Origin: Chlamydiota bacterium | Lineage (GTDB): Bacteria > Chlamydiota > Chlamydiia > Chlamydiales > SM23-39 | Direction of reading: 5' to 3' | DNA: 64,000 nt | Assembly (NCBI GenBank): GCA_031423235.1 | Contig: JANPFC010000072.1 | Coordinates: 53-64,052, forward strand | Shown: positions 56,060 to 64,000 of the stretch, in pieces | Layout: the number at the start of each line of letters is the position of its first letter | Position numbering within the stretch: the stretch's first letter is position 1 | Notes under the pieces: generated by a model | What the model saw: only the letters and a program-made list of their open reading frames with translations | Databases searched by the model: none | What the model was told of the DNA's origin: nothing | Program-made: the position numbers and the translations under genes

Positions 56060-57334
56060 TTAGAACCCAAAATCGGCTGAGGCGGTGAAGCCCCAAAGTT
56101 TCACATCGCTCGCATTCCGAATATCTAACCGGTCATTATTGGGGAATGAAAAGCCTGTAGCGTCTTGGTGGAACTGGTGCAAATCATACCACGTATTGAT
56201 CTCAAGAGCTGCCTGCAGCATCATAGACCAAGTGCAGAACCTGTGATTCCAGTTCAATCCAAATTCAAGCTGTGTGTTCGGGACAACCCAAGTGTCTTTC
56301 TCTGTCGTATTGCGAACATCTGGAGTCAGAGTTCCAACAACGCCCGGAGGGGTTACCGTGGTTTTTCTTTTGTTATAGTAAGATCCGACGAGAGCTGCGA
56401 AAGAGAATTTGTTGAAGAGTCCGAATCCGGCTCCCATATGCCAGTTGACATCAAGACCTGCGCGCATCCCTCCGCCCTTGAAATTCCAGTTATTTTGGCC
56501 GATATCTGAAACGTTTGGTACGGCTCCTGCGATATCGGTTCCAGTCACCTTCCATGTTTCATTAATCCAAGCGGCAGTGGCCCCTGTGAAGAAATTGAAG
56601 AGGACTTGGCATCCGGGAAGGAAGCGTCTAGACATCAATAAATCGGCCACTTGGTAGTTGAAATGGGTCTTGCTATGCATGACGTCCACTCCATCTGGAG
56701 AGAGGCTGAGTTCCCGGATTGTGGATGCTAAGTAGAGAGTCGGATCGGTAGGTCTTGTTACTGTATCAGAGCCGCTTGTGCTGTAATAAGTGTATTGGCC
56801 GAAAAGGCGCCAAGCGTCCCTCTCGAATGTGTAGCCGATTCCTGCGCGAACGCCAGGACTCCAGTCAAAACTGGCCGATTGATATTTCCCGATTGCGTCG
56901 GCAAGTGTGGATGGGGGGAAGGGCTGGTGCGTTCCGTGGGGAGTCAACACAAATGTGGAGGCTTTTTGCTGCACTTTCCAGCAGAGAATCTCAAAAGATA
57001 GATCCACTCCTGTATAGACGAGGGGCTGGTAGTAGTCGATGATGCAATCGCAAGGATTGCAGCGGGGCAGAAGCGGAGGGCAATTGACGCTTGCCGGTTT
57101 GCAGCAGGATGTCGGCCCGCAAGGGGCTGGATCTGGAGCTCCGCAGCAGCCGCGCTGAGAAGGGGCAGCCGGATAAGATGGCTGCGAAGATGGGGTATTC
57201 CCGGCCTCTGCTCTAGCCTCTTCTTCTGGCGTCAGCCGAACGGGAAATGAGCTTTTGGAGATTTCTTCCAGACTAGTTTCTTGAGCTGAAATGGAACCTG
57301 CCAGAAGTAAGAAACAAAATATTTGCAAACGCAT
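56060..57334 (-). CDS. Cysteine-rich porin-like outer-membrane protein (paralog 1)
   Basis: Signal peptide, then a Cys cluster GCCGAPDPAPCGPTSCCKPASVNCPPLLPRCNPCDC. Shares blocks with the downstream gene (KASTF.LTPHG.HQ, DAIGKY.SA.F.WS.GVRAGI.YTF.RDAW, GQYTYYST). Its stop abuts the next start. Confidence 0.75.
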   Translation of the reverse strand: MRLQIFCFLLLAGSISAQETSLEEISKSSFPVRLTPEEEARAEAGNTPSSQPSYPAAPSQRGCCGAPDPAPCGPTSCCKPASVNCPPLLPRCNPCDCIIDYYQPLVYTGVDLSFEILCWKVQQKASTFVLTPHGTHQPFPPSTLADAIGKYQSASFDWSPGVRAGIGYTFERDAWRLFGQYTYYSTSGSDTVTRPTDPTLYLASTIRELSLSPDGVDVMHSKTHFNYQVADLLMSRRFLPGCQVLFNFFTGATAAWINETWKVTGTDIAGAVPNVSDIGQNNWNFKGGGMRAGLDVNWHMGAGFGLFNKFSFAALVGSYYNKRKTTVTPPGVVGTLTPDVRNTTEKDTWVVPNTQLEFGLNWNHRFCTWSMMLQAALEINTWYDLHQFHQDATGFSFPNNDRLDIRNASDVKLWGFTASADFGF

Positions 57335-57445
57335 ACTGCCTCAACTTATAGTTAATCAGAGATACCAATAAAAATTTTTCACGTCAAGTCTTGCAAAAAA
57401 TTGTTCCCGCGATTTGTGCATTTAGTTATGATTGCCCCAATCTAA

Positions 57446-59516
<2,071 letters not shown>

Positions 59517-59517
59517 T

Positions 59518-60357
59518 GTGACAGATCTTCATCGGAGATTCGTTGTTTCGGTCATTTCAATTGCGGTTGTAGTTTGCTTGCTTGTCTTTGCATTCAACCC
59601 CATTTTCCAATATCTGGTTGCCGCCATTGTGGCCGCGCTTGCTGGCATTGCTATTTGGGAATACGAGCAGTTTGCTAAAGCCAAGGGGGGGCGTATGATC
59701 CTTCCTGGACTGATCATCTTAACAGTGATTGAGGTCCTTTCCTTCTTTATAAGCGCAGAGCATCAATGGCTTGCGAGCATGCCGATTATTATTTTCTTTA
59801 TCGCTTTCCTCGTCCTTTTTGCCCTCCATTTCGGGGAAAAGGATGGAGCTGTTGTTGATTTGGCCGTTTCTTCCTTTGGCCTCCTCTATATAGCTGTTCC
59901 CATGGGGATGATCTTAGGAATCCTCTACATGAACGGAGTTGATGGACGCTGGTGGATCACCTATCTTCTCGTGGTCACCAAGATCACCGACATCGGGGCC
60001 TATTTTGCTGGAAGTCTTTGGGGTCGAAGGAAGTTAGCGCCCAATATCAGCCCTAAAAAAACGATTGAAGGAGCTGTTTTTGGCCTAGCCTGCGCAGTTC
60101 TCGCCAGCTTTATTTTCCATTTTTGCAGCGATTACGCTAGCTACTTCCATTTGGGAATTTACGAATGGCTCTTCCTCGGACTTATTTTAGGAGCCGTAGG
60201 GCAATTCGGAGACCTTTCAGAATCCCTATTGAAGAGGGATGCCAACAAGAAAGACAGCAATGCCCTTCCTGGATTGGGCGGTGTGCTTGATTCGCTCGAC
60301 TCGATCCTTTTTAACGCTCCAATCATCTATATCTATTTGCAATTCATAAAACTATGA
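59518..60357 (+). CDS. cdsA: Phosphatidate cytidylyltransferase
   Basis: Polytopic. CTP-transferase signature region SLLKRDANKKDSNALPGLGGVLDSLDS. GTG start 2 nt after the uppS stop. Confidence 0.85.
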   Translation: MTDLHRRFVVSVISIAVVVCLLVFAFNPIFQYLVAAIVAALAGIAIWEYEQFAKAKGGRMILPGLIILTVIEVLSFFISAEHQWLASMPIIIFFIAFLVLFALHFGEKDGAVVDLAVSSFGLLYIAVPMGMILGILYMNGVDGRWWITYLLVVTKITDIGAYFAGSLWGRRKLAPNISPKKTIEGAVFGLACAVLASFIFHFCSDYASYFHLGIYEWLFLGLILGAVGQFGDLSESLLKRDANKKDSNALPGLGGVLDSLDSILFNAPIIYIYLQFIKL

Positions 60358-61664
60358 TCATAACTATCGACGGACCTTCAGGGACCGGAAAATCAACCGT
60401 TGCGAAGGGTGTCGCTAAGAAACTTGGATTCACTTTCTTTGATACGGGGGCTATGTACCGGTCTCTAGCATGGCTTATCTTAAAGGAAGGGATCAACCCT
60501 CAAGATCAGGCGAAAATAGAGGAGCTTCTTCCACAATTCCAATATGAGATTCGAGGAACAGGCCAAGGGGAACGCCACTATTTTGTCCAAGGAGTAGATG
60601 TAACCCATGAGATCCGCTCTCAGGCCATATCGATGGCTGCATCGCAAATAGCGGTCTATCCGGCCGTTCGAGAGGCGATGGTAAAGATTCAGAGGGTATT
60701 CGGCCATGCTGTCGACGCTGTATTTGAAGGGCGCGATATGGGGACGGTTGTCTTCCCCGATGCTGATATGAAGATTTTTCTGACAGCGAAGCCCGAAGTA
60801 CGCGCAGAAAGGCGCTACAGGGAACTGATCCACAAATTCCCCGATCTTTCAATGACATATGATGAGATTTTAAAAGAGATTGAAGAGAGAGACAAAACTG
60901 ATACAACCCGCGCTGTTTCCCCTCTTAAGCAAGCCCCGAATGCCACATTGATCGACACCTCCAAATTCACAGCGGATCAAGTGATTGCAAAAATAATCCG
61001 GATGAAGCCGAAACGGCGCTTCCCTAAGATGAAACTCTCCTACAAGATCGTCTATTGGATGGCCCGGATCTTTTTTAAATCCTGTTTTCGATTGCGTATC
61101 CATGGCCTGGAGCATTTTCGTCCGGGAGCTGCTGTCATTGCGGCCAACCACGCCTCCAACTATGACCCGATGGTTCTCTCCATTTCGTGTCCCGAGGAGG
61201 TCCATTTCTTAGCTAAGGGATCGCTCTTTGACATTCCAGTTCTGGGAAAATTGATCCGCGTCCTTAATTCCCATCCGGTGGCTCGCGGCGCATCCGATGC
61301 AGCTGTGTTCCGCACGATGGTCCAGCTAATATCTGAAGGGAAGAAGCTCATCTTATTTCCCGAAGGGCAAAGAACTCGTAATGGCGATATTCAGCCGTTG
61401 GAACGGGGCCTTGCTTTTCTCGTTCACAAATCGAAGTGCCGTATTATTCCTGCCTACATTCAGGGGAGCTTTGAAGCTTGGAAGCCTGGTACAGCGGTTC
61501 CAAAACTGTTTGGGAAAATGACAGTGGTATTTGGATCGTCGATTGATTACGAAGAGAGCGACGATAAAAAAGGGGCGCAAGCGAGGATCACGGCGCGGAC
61601 AGAGGAATCGATCAGGGCGCTGAAAGCGTGGCTGGAAAACGGCGCCAACGGATCTCCGCCTTAA
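60354..61664 (+). CDS. Fusion protein: cytidylate kinase (N) plus 1-acyl-sn-glycerol-3-phosphate acyltransferase (C)
   Basis: The N-terminus has ITIDGPSGTGKST and a Cmk-like core to ~aa 215. The C-terminus has the acyltransferase motifs NHASNYD (HX4D) and FPEGQRT. It is one uninterrupted 436-aa frame. Confidence 0.88.
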   Translation: MIITIDGPSGTGKSTVAKGVAKKLGFTFFDTGAMYRSLAWLILKEGINPQDQAKIEELLPQFQYEIRGTGQGERHYFVQGVDVTHEIRSQAISMAASQIAVYPAVREAMVKIQRVFGHAVDAVFEGRDMGTVVFPDADMKIFLTAKPEVRAERRYRELIHKFPDLSMTYDEILKEIEERDKTDTTRAVSPLKQAPNATLIDTSKFTADQVIAKIIRMKPKRRFPKMKLSYKIVYWMARIFFKSCFRLRIHGLEHFRPGAAVIAANHASNYDPMVLSISCPEEVHFLAKGSLFDIPVLGKLIRVLNSHPVARGASDAAVFRTMVQLISEGKKLILFPEGQRTRNGDIQPLERGLAFLVHKSKCRIIPAYIQGSFEAWKPGTAVPKLFGKMTVVFGSSIDYEESDDKKGAQARITARTEESIRALKAWLENGANGSPP

Positions 61665-61680
61665 CAGTCTCTAAGAGAGA

Positions 61681-61746
61681 AACGCAAAGACGCAGCGACG
61701 CAAAGAGATTAACAAATCATCCTTTGCGTCTCCGCGTCTTTGCGTT
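61681..61746. repeat. CGCAAAG/CTTTGCG palindromic element between convergent genes
   Basis: AACGCAAAGACGCAGCGACGCAAAG ... CTTTGCGTCTCCGCGTCTTTGCGTT. Confidence 0.8.
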
Positions 61747-61758
61747 GAATCTTCCTAA

Positions 61759-62364
61759 TTATTGCTTAAGAATACAGCAGAGCAAGCATCCCTGTTTCAA
61801 TGAAATTTCGACTTTCTCTTTCAATGCAACATTCGAAATGCCAATGAAATTCAGATCGAGCTTTCCACTTTTAAGCTCCCATTTCAGGCCGTGCGTATCA
61901 ATCCCCACTACAGGCCCATTCAACGGAATCAGCGATATCGTCTGCCCTACAAAACAGTTCAACTGAACCTTTTTGTCGATGGCAAATACGATCTCTCTTT
62001 CTGTTTCCATTTTCATGCCTGGATGTCGCGTCAACAATAAGGCATTTGTCAGACTATGATCGATCCGATGGCCCCATGCAGCATATAGGGTCGTTTGTTC
62101 TCCCGCCTCGCGAATGGCCACCTCAAGATCGGTTTCGTCCTTCTCTTTCTGAAGGGCAATTTTCTTTACGCTTTCGTATTGTTTGAGAAGGTCTGGGGGA
62201 CAGGAGTCGAAATCTCCGACGATCAGATCAGGCTTGATGCCCATGGTATGGCAGTGGATGAGGCCGCCGTCGACTGCAATGATGCGGGAGTGGCTTAGGA
62301 TGAGGGGGCGGAGGATGTCGGAGGAGTCGATTTGGCCGTTTGCTACAATTGCAGTAGACCGCAT
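61759..62364 (-). CDS. Thiamine pyrophosphokinase
   Basis: Motifs IAVDGG and LIVGDFDS, and a C-terminal TPK beta-domain. The start is uncertain (ATG 62364 or 62370, or GTG 62403). Confidence 0.75.
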   Translation of the reverse strand: MRSTAIVANGQIDSSDILRPLILSHSRIIAVDGGLIHCHTMGIKPDLIVGDFDSCPPDLLKQYESVKKIALQKEKDETDLEVAIREAGEQTTLYAAWGHRIDHSLTNALLLTRHPGMKMETEREIVFAIDKKVQLNCFVGQTISLIPLNGPVVGIDTHGLKWELKSGKLDLNFIGISNVALKEKVEISLKQGCLLCCILKQ

Positions 62365-62377
62365 ATACATCCCCCGA

Positions 62378-62569
62378 TTAATAAATTGCTTGAATATTTC
62401 CACGCTTAGCTTCTTCTATGGCCTTACGGCAAATGCTTTCAATCTCACCTTCAAAAAGAGCTTCTGCTGTGATGGTCGCCTTATTTTTGATCCCCCTTGG
62501 CCTGCCTAGAGGGTTGCCAGAGTGCCCCTTTCTAAACTTTCCCTGTTTTTTTTCTGTTTTATCAGGCAT
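62378..62569 (-). pseudogene. N-terminal fragment of a DUF5681-like (phage/plasmid-associated) protein
   Basis: FRKGHSGNPLGRPRGIKNK matches the (K/Q)GxSGNPxGRPKG signature I recall for DUF5681. The ORF stops after 63 aa, which is much shorter than I expect for the family. Confidence 0.4.
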
Positions 62570-62628
62570 ATTTTTAGAGTCGTTGGTGTTTGTTCTTCAT
62601 AAAATAGCACTAGGAAAAACTGTCATAT

Positions 62629-62985
62629 TTAAGGGGTTTTGGCGTTTACATAAACCCAGGCGAAAATACCTGAAAGCAGTTGCACTTGAATTCTTTTATA
62701 GTCGGCCACCTCATATTTATCCGCCCGGAGTAGTTCCTCCTTGGAAATTTTAAATACTATTCCTGGAATTCGGTCTTCAGGATTTCCAGAAAATTGAATA
62801 ATAGAGTGAATATCTTCGCCACTTTTGGCAATCACTTCTGGGTCGGTAATCTTTAGTTTTTCTAGAAAATAGCCGGGGAGACTGTCGGATTGGCCTGCTA
62901 ATTTGCGTCCAAATGTAGCAAGTTGGACATTTTCATATCTTAATGTGCCATAGGAGAATAAATTTTCTGTGTAATCAAATTTCAT
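62629..62985 (-). CDS. Gamma-glutamylcyclotransferase (AIG2/GGACT)-like protein
   Basis: 118 aa with the N-terminal LFSYGTL motif. Overlaps the upstream methyltransferase gene by 4 nt. Confidence 0.65.
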   Translation of the reverse strand: MKFDYTENLFSYGTLRYENVQLATFGRKLAGQSDSLPGYFLEKLKITDPEVIAKSGEDIHSIIQFSGNPEDRIPGIVFKISKEELLRADKYEVADYKRIQVQLLSGIFAWVYVNAKTP

Positions 62986-63695
62986 AATGGATTCTTTTGT
63001 AAGATAAGGTTAATTACTTTCCTTGTATAGATTTCCCCGTGCATTGGACTGCTAGAAGTTTTTTCTAATGCTTCAATTACAGTGAACATGTCACTAAATT
63101 CATCGGATAAATCAGAAATTGAGTAAAGGTACGAGGGGATATTTGCATAGGGGTCTATAACCATTTTTTCCATAGGGCTGGGAGAACTCTGTAAAAGAGG
63201 GCCGTAAAACCCGTCGTTTATAGAAGCTAAGGAAATGAAATAAAATCCATCTGGTTTCATGGCTTTCCACAGTTCCTTTCGATAATTGTTCTGCGACTGT
63301 TTATTTGTGATGTGCTTATAACAAAATATATCAATTGCAATGTCTAGAGAATTGGGAATTATAGGCCATTTTGATGAAACATCTTGAGCAAATGCGGTAA
63401 TTGGTAGTTTTGTTCGTTCAGTTTCGCTCTTGATGGCATCAGCATTGTTTTGTAATAAATCGATAGCAATAACAGAAAATCCGCGACTGGCTAAATAAAA
63501 GCTATTTCTCCCAAGCCCGCATCCTAAATCTGCAGCTTTTTGTCTCTCATTACTAGGTTGCGTTTCGAGCCACGAAATGAACTCTACCACGGCATTTGTA
63601 GGGTCTTTTCTAAAAGATGAAGGGATTCCTTGTCTTTTATATTCATCAGCCCAGGCTTCTGTTGGGTGAGGAATCTTGGGATAGTGTTGAGTCAT
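62982..63695 (-). CDS. Class I SAM-dependent methyltransferase
   Basis: Motif I DLGCGLGRNSFYLASRGFSVIAIDL. 237 aa. Confidence 0.8.
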   Translation of the reverse strand: MTQHYPKIPHPTEAWADEYKRQGIPSSFRKDPTNAVVEFISWLETQPSNERQKAADLGCGLGRNSFYLASRGFSVIAIDLLQNNADAIKSETERTKLPITAFAQDVSSKWPIIPNSLDIAIDIFCYKHITNKQSQNNYRKELWKAMKPDGFYFISLASINDGFYGPLLQSSPSPMEKMVIDPYANIPSYLYSISDLSDEFSDMFTVIEALEKTSSSPMHGEIYTRKVINLILQKNPL

Positions 63696-63730
63696 GGTGA
63701 CAGTCCTAAAGTATTAAATTTCAATTAAAT

Positions 63731-64000
63731 CTATGGCAATGGGATCTCGTGGTACATGTCATAATGTTGAGCATATCCGGTGCCAGGAGGAGACATTGGA
63801 CGAGCCCCTTTGGAACGTAAGAGATCGGAAATCGATTTATTCTTTTCAGAAATAGCAACCTGATAGGGTGTTAATCCACTTTTATCAGCAGCGTGGATAT
63901 CAGCTCCTAGGCTAACTAGGCGTTTGATTAGTTCAAGTTTTTTGCGCGATTCCAGCTTGGCTTTAATTAATAATTGCAGTGGACGATGCCCATTCCAGGA
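63731..64000 (-). CDS. Ankyrin-repeat protein (C-terminal part; runs off the window)
   Basis: The minus-strand frame is open from 64000 to the stop at 63731: ...NGHRPLQLLIKAKLESRKKLELIKRLVSLGADIHAADKSGLTPYQVAISEKNKSISDLLRSKGA... Confidence 0.7.
   Translation of the reverse strand, partial: SWNGHRPLQLLIKAKLESRKKLELIKRLVSLGADIHAADKSGLTPYQVAISEKNKSISDLLRSKGARPMSPPGTGYAQHYDMYHEIPLP

Noticed and set aside
62378-62569. Prophage at the 3' end of the window
   Set aside because: A single truncated DUF5681-like stub is the only phage-associated signal. There are no integrase, capsid, terminase or att repeats visible, so I report it only as a relic.

Overview
This 64-kb chromosomal segment reads as an environmental, amoeba-associated member of the Chlamydiae outside the Chlamydiaceae. 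GC looks mid-40s % by eye. The taxonomic evidence is: a fused 1408-aa SecDF, a plant-type FabI, a MurA with Asp in place of the fosfomycin-target Cys, proteins with Inc-like bilobed hydrophobic domains, and cysteine-rich outer-membrane proteins. Gene order, as I recall it from Chlamydia trachomatis, also matches: CT433-ispF-cysJ and gltX-euo-recJ-secDF...uppS-cdsA-cmk-plsC.

I support about 50 CDS. I saw no rRNA, tRNA or CRISPR.

Backbone genes: fabI, a parA-like ATPase, osmC-like, holA-like, an FKBP PPIase, hemW, sucA-sucB-lpdA, ferredoxin plus an IscA-type carrier, epmB/kamA-like, murA, ispF, cysJ-like, gltX, tsp, recJ, secDF, purA, uppS, cdsA, a cmk-plsC fusion, and thiamine pyrophosphokinase.

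Accessory content of most interest:
1. A 200-aa ORF with a textbook eukaryotic bZIP basic region and leucine zipper. It is a candidate nucleus-targeted effector.
2. An ~11.6-kb insertion between the EUO-like gene and recJ. It carries a PATR-repeat autotransporter, a Cache-HAMP class III nucleotide cyclase, and an ~1800-aa Sec-signal RHS/YD polymorphic toxin. The toxin has an unassigned C-terminal tip and is followed by an array of small immunity-like ORFs.
3. A two-partner secretion pair (tpsA-tpsB) wedged between murA and epmB.
4. An autotransporter whose passenger is a six-repeat beta-propeller-like domain, next to two tandem cysteine-rich porin paralogs.
5. Several families of long palindromic, MITE/REP-like intergenic elements. 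One has ~85-bp terminal inverted repeats around a decayed GxxExxY-family gene fragment.

All functional calls come from motifs read by eye. No database search was run.
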